Source of the DNA: an uncultured Chloroflexia bacterium
GTDB taxonomy: Bacteria; Chloroflexota; Limnocylindria; Limnocylindrales; CSP1-4
Length of the DNA: 64,000 nt
Reading direction: 5' to 3'
Assembly (NCBI GenBank): GCA_963697415.1
Contig: CAVONW010000003.1
Coordinates: 1,275,373 to 1,339,372 of the forward strand
Of this stretch, positions 49,303 through 61,024 are shown piece by piece. The number at the start of each line of letters is the position of its first letter. The stretch's first letter is position 1. Position numbers and translations under genes: made by a program. Under the pieces are notes generated by a model. It was given only the letters and a program-made list of their open reading frames with translations, was not told the DNA's origin and did no database searches.

Positions 49303-51447
49303 CAGGCCCGCCCGCGCTCAGGCAGGAACATCGAGAGGTAGGTGTCGTACAGGCGGATCGTGTCCATCGACGGCGGGCAGTTCGGCCGCGATCCCAGCGA
49401 ACACGGTCGGCGAGTACGTGACGATGAAGGCGACCGTGGCGGTCTCCGGGCGGGCGGACACGAAGCTGCGCCAGCGGTCCTCGTCGAACAGGACGCCGTA
49501 GCGGTCCGTCCAGACGTACGGGAGCGGCGCGCCGGCGTCATCGACACGTCGCGCGATCGGCCCCTGACCGCCGGCCCGGAGCCAGAGCAGCGGAGCGATA
49601 TCGTCGAACGCGTGTCCCAGGTCGACGTCGTCGGCGTCGAGGTAGTCGAAGCTCCAGGAAGGCGACGTTCTCCTCGAACCCCTCGGCCATCGGGAACTCG
49701 TCGGTGAACTTGTAGTCACCGTCGATCGGCTCGCCGTCCGGCGTCTTGCCCGTGATCGCCGCCGTCACCCGCGGCCGCGTGATGTGCTCGAAGATGCCGA
49801 GCGCCTCCCACTCCGGGTCGCCCGGTCGAAGCCCGCGCTTCGCGCAGGTCTGCTGCCTCGTCGACCGACACCTCGTTGTTCGTGACCATGATCGACTGCC
49901 GCCGCCCGCCGTCCTGCCGGTTGAGCCGCGCGACGGCGTGTGCCGTGGTTCCCGACCCAGCGAAGAAGTCCAGAACGACCGCATCCGGCTTGTCCTCGAC
50001 GAAGAGTCGGACAGCGTCCTCGACTGCGTAAAGCGACTTCGGAAACGGGAACCGACGGCCGGGCATCGAGGCCGCGAGCAGTGTCGTCCCATGCACCTCG
50101 GCGTTGTGCGACGGTCGAAACCAGGTTGCGGTTGGGATCTTCCGCCTATCAGCCGAGTACTCGGCAATCACGACTCCCGTCATCTCGCGTCCCGATTACG
50201 ACGGCGCCCCCGCGCTCGATCGTCGTGAGATCGTCCGGAGGTGAGGTATGAGATCTCGTACCGTTGCGGCTTGGTCCGTGTCTCGCGGCCGACTCTCACA
50301 TAGCCGCGCGCATCGATTTCGCGCAGGGTCGGGAGCCACAAGACCCCAGTTCCATCTCGATACCAGTCGCGGATCGGGAACACTGCCGTACAGCCCGGTC
50401 GCTCTGGCGCGTCCTCGCGCTGAACGCCGGGCGGAATGGCATCGCCGATTTCCGTCGACTTGTCCCAGGCTCGTCGACGTAGATTGGGTAGAACTGGGCG
50501 GGGCCGACCCTTCGGGGTACCTCGCGCCGACGAGGCATCGCTCCGGCGCAAGGTCCGCCATGCGCACTTGCGTCACCGGCTACGAACTCTAGGTCGACTG
50601 TCCGTGCCGACCGCCGCAGCTCCAAGGAGCACGACGAAGAGGTACTCATCGACTCGGGCGAACTCGGCCCGGTCGTGCCTCCGCTTGGGATTGACGACGA
50701 TCGTGACCATCTGCATGTCGGCGCCCAGGAAACGTCTGCTCAAGCAGCAGTCCGAGCCGCAGGTACTCCTTCTCGTCGATCGTCACGATGAGGACCGAGT
50801 CGTCCGGGTTCAGCAGCTCCTTGGCGAGCTTGAGCCGGCGCTCCATGAACGCGAGCCACTTGCTGTGGCGGTACGCGTCGGTCGTCATCGACGTAGTCGT
50901 TGTTGTACTTCCAGTCGCGGGCGCCGCTGTTGTACGGCGGGTCGATGTAGATGCAGTCGACCTTGCCGGCGTGCGTGAAACGCAGCGCCTCGAGCGCGTG
51001 GTGGTTCTCGCCGTTGATCACGACGTGGTACGGCTTGTCGCCGCCGCGTTCGACCGACCCGAGATGCCGGAAGCCAGGGAGAACGGGCTCGCCGAAGTCG
51101 GAGATGACCACGAGGGAGTCCAGGGGCGCCCGCTCCTGCCCATCGGCGTCGTGCTCATCGCGCTCGAGGTAGGCCCCGTCGGCGTGTCGCACCCGCACGA
51201 GCGTCGCGACCCCATCGTCGATCAGGATGACCTCGAACGTTGGGCTGTCGTCGTCATCCCGGCTCACCACCTGGGAGCCCATGCGGATCGGGTGCTGCGG
51301 CAGGCGCACGCGCTCGGGGATGTGCTGCTCGAACACGAGCCCGAAGCTGCGTCGCTGCTTGAGCCGGTCGATCTGGGACCGCAGGTCCGCACGCAAGGCG
51401 GAGTCCTGGACCTTGTCAAGGAGGACGTCGAGCTCGCTTCGGATCAT
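49302..51447 (-). pseudogene. Type III-like N6-adenine DNA methyltransferase (Mod), multiply frameshifted
   Basis: GENHHAL, IYIDPPYN, HSKWLAFMERRL, FPFPKS, VLDFFAGSGTT; TGATG coupling to res. Confidence 0.85.
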
Positions 51448-51694
51448 GCGGTCAGCTCATCGGCCGGGCGACCCAGGTCTCGTGGGCCTGTTGCACGCCG
51501 GCTCGCGGATGCGGACCGGCCATTGGCGAACCGCTTGGCCGGATCGACGAACGGCGCGTTGATGACCGTTTTCTCGATCGTGGTCGGTGACACGGATCTC
51601 CCTGCGACGCGGCGTCGATGTTCCTGCGGAGCATACGCGGCCGACGCGTCAGCTTGGATGGCACTGCCCACGACGCTGACATGGTGGCTGGCGC

Positions 51695-51814
51695 CACTCG
51701 CAGATCTCCACGACCGCCGATGTCTACGCGCACCTGACGCCGGCGATGCTGGAGCGCAGCGCCGACCGCATGGAGGGCATCCTGACTGGCAGAACGCGGG
51801 CCTCCGGCGCCTAG
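51695..51814 (+). pseudogene. C-terminal remnant of a tyrosine integrase
   Basis: Manual translation HSQISTTADVYAHLTPAMLERSADRMEGILTGRTRASGA*, matching the LGH...TT..YAH box II. Confidence 0.75.
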
Positions 51815-51894
51815 AAGTGGTACGAGGGGTGGTACAGGCGATGCCTGCACGTGTCGACCGGCGATTGCCAAGCCCGAATTGAGCACGAAATCGG

Positions 51895-51971
51895 TGGCGC
51901 GCCCGGAGGGATTCGAACCCCCGACCCTCTGATCCGAAGTCAGATGCTCTGATCCACTGAGCTACGGGCGC
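51895..51971 (-). tRNA. tRNA-Arg (anticodon UCG)
   Basis: Acceptor GCGCCCG/CGGGCGC-G-CCA, anticodon arm TCTGA-CTTCGGA-TCAGA, T loop GGTTCGAATCC. Confidence 0.96.
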
Positions 51972-52105
51972 GCGGTGTGCTCAACGCGAGCACGAATCGA
52001 ACTCGGGCCAGGTGACTGCGGCGGGTAGCCGAGCGACGAGGCCGAGAACGTCCGCATGGTACCCGACACGTGACAGCGCCCCAGTCCTGCAGTAGGGTGG
52101 GCGGC

Positions 52106-52959
52106 ATGCCGGACCGCGTCAGGGGAGCCAGCCGGCTTCTCGTCCTCACCGCCGCCCTCGGGATCGCGCTCGCCGCGCCGCTCTCCGCGCTCGGGCGAGA
52201 CGCTCGGGCGGGTGCGGGCGTCGACCCGACGGCCGCCACCACCCCGAACACCCCATTCACGCTGGACCTCTCGCGGAACGGGGCGACTTCGTGGCCCAGA
52301 CGGACTTCGTCCAGTGCGTCGGCGCGAGCATGCAGATGATGCTGAACATGATCCGCCCGACCGACGATGTCACCTCGGACACCCAGTCAGAGCTCCAGGT
52401 CCTCGCGCGCAAGCTCAGCGCCAGGCGCACCGGGGGTGCCGAGCGCAAGGGCGCGAGCGTCACCGGCTGGACGGCCGGGCTCAATGCGCTGGGCGCGGGC
52501 CCATACCGAACGGTCGGCGCGACCGATATCCAGGCAACGTTGAAGCTCGCCGCCCGGGCCATGCGGGAGACCAATCGGCCGGTGGGCCTCCTGGTCTGGC
52601 GCGGGCGACATGCCTGGGTGATGGCCGGCTTCACGGCAACCGCGGACCCTCGACTGACCTCTCGGTTCGAGGTCACCGGGGTCATCGTCATGGATCCCCT
52701 GTACCCCTATGGCTCACGGACGTGGGGTGCCAGCCCGGCGCCGCGCGAGTCGCTCACCGTCAAGGAGCTCGCGCAGCAGTTCGTTCCGCGCGGCTCTCGG
52801 GGCGAGGTCCCGGGTGGTGGGACCACGGTAGCCCCGACCGCGGGCGCGCCGGCCTCCGGTGCCACGACCGGCTGGTCTCAGGCGCTGTCGGGCAAGTACG
52901 TGATCGTCATGCCGTTCATGTACGTTGAGGCCCCACGTCTGGGGCCGACGCCGCGCTGA
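52106..52959 (+). CDS. Secreted papain-fold (C39-like) protein, frameshift near 52280
   Basis: Signal peptide; Q...CVGAS, GRHAWV, MDP (Cys-His-Asp order). Confidence 0.6.
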
Positions 52960-53101
52960 TCGCCCGGCACGAGAAGCCCCCGGACGCGGAACCTTTTCCG
53001 ATCCTCACGCGTAACCTGAGATACCGGGCCGCAGGCAGAGGGTGCCGCGGTCTCTCTGCCCGCCGAACTGACGAGCCCACCGCCGGGCCACGCTCCGGTC
53101 G

Positions 53102-56100
53102 ATGAGGAGGATTGCGCTGCGCTCGACCGGCCTGTGGCGCACCGTGATCGCGCGGCTTCGCGCGGACTGGGCCGTGGTGGCCGCCGCCTGGGCCCTGCTG
53201 ATCTGCGCCACGACCCTGCTCACGGCGGGAACCCTGTACGGCGATGCGGTCGCGCTGGGCGGCATCCACGCGGCCATCGCCGATGCCCCACCCTCCGAAC
53301 GCGGCGTCGTGATCAAGACCGCCGCCCGCGCGTCTGGAGTGAGCGAGCTCGATGCACCCGTCCGGACCGAGCTCGAGCGAGTGATCGCGTTGACCGGAGG
53401 CGAGATCGTCGCGATCGCTCAGAGCGAGCCGTTCGCGGTCGTCGATGCCGACCCCGCCGCCACGAACCAGGTCCTGGAATTCGGGAGCTACGAGGGCATC
53501 GAGGGCCATGCCGCGCTCCTGGAAGGACGCTGGGCAACTGCCGGCGCCGCGCTCCAGGAGGCGACGCTGTCCGAGGGTGCCGCTGCGGCGCTTGGACTTG
53601 CGGTCGGTCGCGAACTTACGCTGGTCAATCGGCTCGACTCCAGCGTCACGGTTCCCATCGTCATCGTTGGCATCTGGCGCGCATCTGCCGCCAATTCGTA
53701 CTGGTTGGCATCCCGGCAGGAGATCGAGGGCGTGGTCCAGAGCGGCAGCTTCACGACCGTGGGCCCGTTCGTCATCCCGGCCCCGGATCTGGCCGAGCGA
53801 GCCTTCGGGGTGAGCCGGGACCTGGAGTGGCGGGCCCTGCCCGATGTGACGGGCTACCGTTTCGACGACCTCGATGCCATTCGGCTGGCAGTGACGCAGG
53901 TCACCCCGCGCCTGGGTGTGGCGCTCCCCGCAGCAGCGCAGTTCAGGATCGAGACCCGGCTCCCGGACATCCTGACGTCGGTCACGCGCTCGGCTCTCGT
54001 GAGCCGAACCGGCGTGCTCCTGCTGGTCGTCCAGTTCGCCGTCCTCGCGGCCTACGCGATCCTGCTGGTCGCCGGGATGCTCGCCGATCGCCGGCGAGCG
54101 GAGACGGCACTCCTGCGGTCCCGGGGTGCGTCAACCGGCCACCTCGCCGCCATGACGGTCTTCGAAGCATTCCTCCTGGCAGGTCTGGCCGCGGCCATCG
54201 CGCCGGTCCTCGCGCTCGGCGTCGTTCGGTGGCTGGGCGGGAGCGGGCCCCTCGCGGCGTCCGGCATCGTGACGACGCTGGGACTGAGCCGCGATGCGCT
54301 CGTGGTGGACGTGCTGACCGCCTTCGCCTGCGTCGTCGCCCTGACCATCCCGATGCTCGGCGGCATCCCGAGCCTCGCCGGTGTCCGCGCAGCGATCGCC
54401 CGTCAGGCGGGTCGGACACTTGCGCAGCGGCTCGGACTGGATCTGGCGCTCGTGGTGGTGGCGGGGATCGCCCTCTGGCAGCTGCGCCTGTACGGCGCGC
54501 CGCTGACCCGCAACGCGCGGGGCGTCCTGGGCGTCGACCCGCTGCTCGTGGCCGCGCCGGGGATCGGGCTGCTGGCCGGGGCGGTGGTCGCGACCCGGAT
54601 CATCCCGCGGATCGCGGAGCTTGGTGAGCGACTGCTCCAGCGCGACCGCGGGCTGGTCTCCGCCATGGGTGGCCGCGGCCTGGCGCGCCGACCGCTCCGA
54701 TACACGCGCTCCGCGCTCCTGCTCATGCTCGCCGCCGCACTCGGAACCTTCGCGACCGCCCATGTCGCCACGTGGACGCGCTCACAGTCGGACCAGGCGG
54801 CCTACCAGGCGGGTGCGGACCTCCGAATAGCCCCGTCCCAGAGAGCGATGCCGGCGGGATCGATCGGGCAGGCCCTGCGGGGCCTCGACGGGGTGACGGC
54901 GGTCATGTCGGTGGATCGGCTCACCGTGGATTCAGGGCGCGCAGTTCGCGCCGGTCCACTCCTGGCGATCGACGCGGCCGTGGGTCCCGACCTCGTCACG
55001 CCGACGCCCGATGCCGACGGCGCGGCCATCCCCGGGTTCCTTGCGCAGCTCGCGGCGGCCAGGCCTGCTCCAGGAGGCGGCCTTCTCCCCGAGGAGGCGC
55101 GCCAGGTTGCGGTGCTCATCGACGCCGGGCTCGAGAGCACCTACGTGGATCCGGCCCCGGGCCCGGACCTGACGGCGTTCGAGGGCATCCGCGCCAGCTT
55201 CATCATCCAGGACGGCGATGGTCGGGTATTCCGGCTGAACTCAGGGGATGGGGCGGTCCTGGCGGGCGTGGCACAGCGCCTGACGGCGGCCCTCCCGGTG
55301 GGTGCAACGACGCCGATCCGGCTGTGGGCCGTGGAGCTCGGGCTGACCGCGCCGCCGACCGTGGGCGTGACCGGCGCCCTCGAGGTGAAGGAGATGCAGG
55401 CGACGACGGCCGACACCGCGCGGCGCGGCGGCGTCGAGTGGTCGGCGCTCGATGCTCACCCCGAGGATCCGGGCTGGGACTGGCACGCCATCAGCGGCTC
55501 CGCGCCCGCGATTCGGATCAGTCCGCCTCCCGACGCGTCCGGTCAGTCGCCGGTGCCGCCTGCTGCTCGATGGCGCGTGATCGTGGGCCGCGGAGCCCAA
55601 TCGATCGAGCCGATCTATGGTGATGCCCACCTCACGAGGGTCATCCGGCTCGCCGTCGCCTCCGCTCCCGAGCCCGTCGCCGCGATCGCCGGCCGTGCAT
55701 TCATCACGGCGACCGGGGCGCGGATCGGTGACACCGTCACGGCTGCGTGGGGCTCCGGCCGGCACACCGTCCGGATCGTCGGAGTCGTCGACACCTTCCC
55801 GACGATGGATCCCGCGCAGCCGTTCCTGATCGTCGACGGCCCGACGCTCGGCGTTGCGGGTTTCCAGCAGCTGGCGTCCGTATCGAATCCCGGTGAGTGG
55901 TGGTTGTCGAGCGCCGACGCCGACGCGTCCGCCGCAGCGGTTCTGGCCACGATCGACCCGGCGGCGAAGGTCGTCTCTCGGCCGGCGCTGGAGGCGTCCC
56001 TCCTCACCGATCCGGTGCCGCTCGGCGTCATCGGCGTGCTTGGCCTCGGGTCGGCCGCGGCGTTGCTGTTCGCGGCCGTCGGGTTCGTGGTGGCGGCCGC

Positions 56101-56449
56101 GATCTCGACCCGGGAACGCCTTGGGGAGTTCGCCCTGTTTCGCGCGCTCGGCCTGTCTGGCCGCGACCTTTCGCTCTGGCTGTGGCTGGAGCACGCCTTC
56201 CTGATCGCCGTTGGCGTTGCCACCGGCCTTGGCCTCGGCGTGCTGCTCGCGCATGTCGTCCTGCCCGTCTCCACCCTGACCGCGAGTGGCGCGACGGCGA
56301 TCCCGTCACCGATCGTGGAGCTGCCGGCAGGTTCGCTCATCCCGGTGGTCGCGCTCGCCGGGGTTGTCTTCCTGCTCACGATGCTGGTCCTGCGCGGCCA
56401 GATCCTCCACCTCCGGCTCGGCGACGTCCTGCGGGCAAGCGACGAATGA
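53102..56449 (+). CDS. FtsX/MacB-like ABC transporter permease
   Basis: RRAETALLRSRGAS and ERLGEFALFRALG motifs; large extracytoplasmic loops. Confidence 0.88.
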   Translation: MRRIALRSTGLWRTVIARLRADWAVVAAAWALLICATTLLTAGTLYGDAVALGGIHAAIADAPPSERGVVIKTAARASGVSELDAPVRTELERVIALTGGEIVAIAQSEPFAVVDADPAATNQVLEFGSYEGIEGHAALLEGRWATAGAALQEATLSEGAAAALGLAVGRELTLVNRLDSSVTVPIVIVGIWRASAANSYWLASRQEIEGVVQSGSFTTVGPFVIPAPDLAERAFGVSRDLEWRALPDVTGYRFDDLDAIRLAVTQVTPRLGVALPAAAQFRIETRLPDILTSVTRSALVSRTGVLLLVVQFAVLAAYAILLVAGMLADRRRAETALLRSRGASTGHLAAMTVFEAFLLAGLAAAIAPVLALGVVRWLGGSGPLAASGIVTTLGLSRDALVVDVLTAFACVVALTIPMLGGIPSLAGVRAAIARQAGRTLAQRLGLDLALVVVAGIALWQLRLYGAPLTRNARGVLGVDPLLVAAPGIGLLAGAVVATRIIPRIAELGERLLQRDRGLVSAMGGRGLARRPLRYTRSALLLMLAAALGTFATAHVATWTRSQSDQAAYQAGADLRIAPSQRAMPAGSIGQALRGLDGVTAVMSVDRLTVDSGRAVRAGPLLAIDAAVGPDLVTPTPDADGAAIPGFLAQLAAARPAPGGGLLPEEARQVAVLIDAGLESTYVDPAPGPDLTAFEGIRASFIIQDGDGRVFRLNSGDGAVLAGVAQRLTAALPVGATTPIRLWAVELGLTAPPTVGVTGALEVKEMQATTADTARRGGVEWSALDAHPEDPGWDWHAISGSAPAIRISPPPDASGQSPVPPAARWRVIVGRGAQSIEPIYGDAHLTRVIRLAVASAPEPVAAIAGRAFITATGARIGDTVTAAWGSGRHTVRIVGVVDTFPTMDPAQPFLIVDGPTLGVAGFQQLASVSNPGEWWLSSADADASAAAVLATIDPAAKVVSRPALEASLLTDPVPLGVIGVLGLGSAAALLFAAVGFVVAAAISTRERLGEFALFRALGLSGRDLSLWLWLEHAFLIAVGVATGLGLGVLLAHVVLPVSTLTASGATAIPSPIVELPAGSLIPVVALAGVVFLLTMLVLRGQILHLRLGDVLRASDE

Positions 56450-59209
56450 CCGACTGGATCGGGACCGCGCTGCGCCGGCTTCGGGATGAGCGGCTGTCCG
56501 CGCTCGGCTTGGCCGTGTTCGTGTTCGTGACCGCATTCGCGGCGGCGGCCGCGCCGAGGCTCGTCGACCGGATGGCGACCGACGCCCTGCTCGCGACGGT
56601 GGCCCGGGAGCTGCCCGCCGCCCGCAACATCCAGTGGCAGCGAGAGGCGCGCATCGGGTCGATCGACAGCTCGTCACTCGACACGGTTGACGGCATCTCC
56701 GATGTGCTCCACGCGCTCCTCCCGGAGCCGCCTGGCGGCCCTTGTCTCGGATCGCTCGTGGTACGCGGACTCCGGGCGCTGGATGCTGCCGGAGGTCGTG
56801 GGCGATCCGGCGACCATGCGCCTCCGGGTGCAGCCCGACGTTGATTCGCGGATCAGCCTGCGCGACGGCCGCTGGCCGACCGGGACCACGACGAAAGGCC
56901 CGGACCGGACCCCGCAGGCGGGGGCCGCGCCGCCCGTCACGCTGTTCGAGATCGCCATATCGCGGGAGACCGCGGACGGACTCGGTGTGGCTGCCGGCGA
57001 CACGCTCATGCTCCGCACGGATCTCACGGATCCGCTCGTGGGCCAGGGCCACAAGTCGACTATCGGCGCGACGATCGTCGGAACCTTCGACGTGAACGAC
57101 GAGGCCGACACGTGGTGGCTGGGCGGCACGGAACTCACCCGACCGTTCATCCGGTCTCTCGGCGGCGATAGCAGGATCACGGACACGGTCGGCCTGCTTT
57201 CCCCCGAGGCCTACCAGGCGTTCCTTGACGAGACTCGGGCCCTCTTCCTCCCGCTCCGCTATACGTTCCGCGAGTTCGTGGACGCGACACGGATCAAGAC
57301 GGGTGCCGTGGACGAGACCATGACCGAACTGCGACGCCTGGAAGTTGCGTACCCGTCCGTCAACGTGACGTCGATCCAGACGACCGCCCTCCGGACCGGC
57401 CTGCGTGGGATCCTCGAGCAATACCGCTCCCAATGGGGTGCTGCGAACGCGTTGCTCACCGTCGGCGTCATTGGGCCTGCCGCCGTCGCCTTCGCTGCCC
57501 TCGGCCTCGTCGCCGTGCTGGCCGCTCAGCGTCGCCGATCGGCGTTGGCCCTGGCCCGTGGGCGCGGTGCATCGCTGACCCAGGTCGCTGTGGCGGTCGT
57601 GGTCGAGGGCACGCTCCTCGCAGTGCCGGCCGCCGCCGCGGCGGTCGCCCTCGCCATGGTCGTTGTCCCTGTCGATCCGGTGGCACCGAGCATCGCCGCC
57701 GCGGCGCTCGTGGCCGCGGTCGCGGTGGTGCTGCTTGTGCTCGCGACCGTACCGGCGACGAGTGGACCATCGTTCGGGCCGGCCCGCGAACCGTTGGTGC
57801 CCCGGCCGCCCACGACCCGCCGGCTCGTTTTCGAGGGCCTCGTGGTGCTGCTGGCGGTGGGCGGCGCGATCCTCCTGCGCGAGCGTGGGGTGCGCGGCAC
57901 GAGCAGCGCGGGCGAGCTCGCCCAGGCGGATCCATTCGTTGCCGCGGTGCCGGCGCTCATCGGCATCGCCGCCGGCCTGATCGCGGTCCGCCTGTTCCCG
58001 CTGCCGATGGCGCTGCTCGCCCGCCTGGCCCGCCGCCGCCGCGGCCTGGTGCCGCTGCTCGCGATGCGGCGATCCATGCAGGCAACGTCCTCGGGGCCGG
58101 TGCTCATCGTCCTCCTCGCGACCGCCACGATCGCCGCGTTCAGCTCCGCGGTGCTGGTGCACCTGGACCGGGCGTCGGCTGCGGCCGCCTGGCAGTCCGT
58201 GGGCGCGGCCTATCGCATGGACAGCAACTACGGGTCGCTTCCGACCGGCTTCGACCCCGCGGCCCTCCCGGACGCCGAGGCTGGGGCCGTTGTCTATGTC
58301 TCGACCATGAATATCGGAACCCGAGCCCTGCGGGTGGACTTCGTGGCGCTGGCGGCCGATGCCTACGATCGTGTTGTCGCGGGGACGCCCGCCGACCCCA
58401 ACCTGCCGGTCGATCTGTTCGCGGAGGGTCCGCCGCTGATCCCGCTCGTGGTGTCGGCGGCAGTGGCCGACCGGCCCGATGGCGCGAGACCGGGGGACCA
58501 GTTCACGATCGCGATCGAGGGCCGGACGTTCCAGGCCCGCGTCGTGGCCGTCCGTGACAACCTGCCCAGGTTCTCCCGGAGCGAGTTGGTCATCGTCGCC
58601 TCCCGTGATCAGATCGCGGCACGCTTCCCGGACGCGCCGATGCGGCCGTCGATCGCGCTGGTGCGGGCTCCGGAAGCATCGGGACCGGCGATCCGCGCAG
58701 CCTTCCTGACGGCGATGCCGATCGGTGGAACGTTCACTGCTCGGGCCGATGTGACCCGCGACCTGCGGGATTCGCCGGCCAGCCGCGCCGTCGTGACGGG
58801 CATCACGGCGGCCGCGATCCTGGCCAGCGTGTACGCGGCGATCGCGTTCGCGGCGGCCGTGGCACTCGCCGGCGCGGCGCGTGCCGTCGAGGTCGCCCAC
58901 CTCCGGACCCTGGGCCTCAACGACCGCCAGGCAGCCGGTCTCATCCTGCTGGAGCATGGGCCCACGGTGATCGCGGCGTTCGCCGCCGGGCTCGCCCTGG
59001 GATTGGGGCTCTTGCTGGCGCTCCGGGATGGGCTCGGCCTGGACGCCCTCGTGGGGTCGCGTGTGGATGTGCCCATCGGGCTGGAGCCGAGCCAGCTCGC
59101 GCTTGTCCTCGGCGGTATCGTCGCCGTGGTCGCGCTCGGGCTGGCCCTCGGAACACGAATGCAGCGCGGTGCGGCCCCGACGGCCGCGGTACGGCGAGGG
59201 TTTGAATGA
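56446..59209 (+). CDS. Second FtsX-like ABC permease, frameshift near 56730
   Basis: ATGA overlap; MTDWIG N-terminus joins ORF 56687..59209; ALARGRGAS, EVAHLRTLG. Confidence 0.83.
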
Positions 59210-60249
59210 GCGACATGCGAAGGCACGAGTCCGGCTCCGAGCAGTCGGGGCCCGAGATCGAGGAATTGCCCGTGGCGTTCCGGGCCGCGACGACAAACGT
59301 CGCGACGCCGGTGTCGAGCGCCGCCGGATCGACCACGGGAGTCGCTCACCACCCGACGCGCCGGAGATTCGGTGAGGGCGTGCTGATCGCCTGCGACAAC
59401 CTCGTCCGGATCTACAAGGTGGCGGACCTCGAGGTCGTCGCTTTGCAGGGCCTCGATCTCCTCGTGGAGCAGGGCGAGATCGTCGCGATCATCGGTGCAT
59501 CAGGCTCCGGCAAGTCAACATTGCTCAACATCCTCGGCGGTCTCGACTCGCCGTCTGCGGGCCGCGCCGTCGTCGACGGGCACGACCTCGGGCAGATGGG
59601 CCGCCGCGAGCGAACCCGCTACCGCCGCCGGGTGGTGGGCGTGGTCTGGCAGCAGACCGCACGGAACCTCCTCTCGTACCTCACCGCCGTCGAGAACGTG
59701 GAGCTGCCGATGATCCTCGACGGCGCCCGGGATCGGCGGGAACGGGCGCACGAGCTCCTCGCCATGGTGGGCCTGGCCGACCGGGCCCACCACCGGCCGG
59801 AGCGCATGTCCGGAGGTGAGCAGCAGCGCGTGGCGATCGCCGTCGCGCTGGCCAACAGACCGTCCGTGCTCCTCGCGGACGAACCGACCGGCGAGCTGGA
59901 CAGCGCCACGTCCGTGGAGGTCTTCGCCTTGCTCAGACAGGTCAACGCCAGCCTCGGGACGACGATCGTCATCGTGACCCACGACGCCCACGTAGCCGAG
60001 CAGGTCCAGCGAACCGTGTCCATCCGCGACGGGCGCACGAGCACGGAGACGTTCCGCCGAACCGAGCAGACCGAGGAGGGCGATCACCGGGTCATCGCCG
60101 AGGAGTTCGCCGTCCTGGACCGGGCCGGCCGGCTCCAGCTGCCTCGCTCTCACGTTGCCGCGCTCGAACTCAGGAACCGTGTCCGCCTGCGCCTTGAGGA
60201 AGACCACGTGGGCGTCTGGCCGGACGAGCCTCGAGAGGAGACAAAGTGA
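59206..60249 (+). CDS. ABC ATP-binding protein (LolD-like) with C-terminal extension
   Basis: GASGSGKS, MSGGEQQR, ADEPTGELD. Confidence 0.92.
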   Translation: MSDMRRHESGSEQSGPEIEELPVAFRAATTNVATPVSSAAGSTTGVAHHPTRRRFGEGVLIACDNLVRIYKVADLEVVALQGLDLLVEQGEIVAIIGASGSGKSTLLNILGGLDSPSAGRAVVDGHDLGQMGRRERTRYRRRVVGVVWQQTARNLLSYLTAVENVELPMILDGARDRRERAHELLAMVGLADRAHHRPERMSGGEQQRVAIAVALANRPSVLLADEPTGELDSATSVEVFALLRQVNASLGTTIVIVTHDAHVAEQVQRTVSIRDGRTSTETFRRTEQTEEGDHRVIAEEFAVLDRAGRLQLPRSHVAALELRNRVRLRLEEDHVGVWPDEPREETK

Positions 60250-60965
60250 CCGTCTACGTGTCGCCGGGTCACCCGCCGGCGCGGGCTTCCGGCTCGATCG
60301 TCATGACCCGCGCGCTCGTCCGCGACTACCCGTCGGGTGACGGCGTCGTTCACGCCCTGCGCGGGATTGACCTGTCCGTGGGGCAGGGCCAGGTGCTCGC
60401 GGTCCGGGGCCGGTCGGGGAGTGGCAAGACCACGCTCCTGAACCTGCTCGGCGGCCTCGACCGCCCGACTTCGGGAACGGTCGTCGTGGACGGCCACGAG
60501 GTGTCCTCGATGGAGGAGCGAGAGCTCGTCGAGGTGCGGCGGCGGACGATCGCGTTCGTGTTCCAGTCATTCGGGCTCGTGCCGATCCTCAGCGCGGCCG
60601 AGAACGTGGAGGTTCCGCTCCGCCTCGTACGGGCCGAACCCCGCGAACGGGACCGCCGGGTCGCCGAACTGCTCGAGATCGTGGGGCTCGGCGAGCGGGC
60701 GCGTCACCGGCCGCACGAGCTGTCGGGCGGCGAACAGCAGCGCGTGGCCATCGCCCGTGCCCTGGCCAACCGCCCGCGGCTCCTCCTGGCCGACGAACCC
60801 ACCGGGCAACTCGACTCGGAAACCGGGCACCGGATCATGCTCGTGCTCCGCCAGGTGGTCCGTGCCGAGGCAATCACCGCCATCGTGGCCACCCACGATC
60901 CCCTGATGATCGATGTCGCGGACCGCGTGGTAGAGCTTCAGGACGGACAGCTCGTCGAGCATTGA
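60246..60965 (+). CDS. ABC ATP-binding protein (LolD-like)
   Basis: GRSGSGKT, LSGGEQQR, ADEPTGQLD. Confidence 0.93.
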   Translation: MTVYVSPGHPPARASGSIVMTRALVRDYPSGDGVVHALRGIDLSVGQGQVLAVRGRSGSGKTTLLNLLGGLDRPTSGTVVVDGHEVSSMEERELVEVRRRTIAFVFQSFGLVPILSAAENVEVPLRLVRAEPRERDRRVAELLEIVGLGERARHRPHELSGGEQQRVAIARALANRPRLLLADEPTGQLDSETGHRIMLVLRQVVRAEAITAIVATHDPLMIDVADRVVELQDGQLVEH

Positions 60966-61024
60966 GTTCAGCGCCACGGGAGGCGTGCTTGCGCGATGCG
61001 CCTCGGCAAGTTACATATGGCGGC

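Noticed and set aside
51444-51671. 75-aa ORF upstream of mod as a controller protein
   Set aside because: No HTH pattern recognisable and no support beyond its position
56306-59296. 996-aa antisense ORF (likewise 12091..13572, 40180..41634, 38317..39486, 47415..48515)
   Set aside because: Shadow frames opposite well-supported genes in high-GC DNA; Arg/Gly-rich with no motifs
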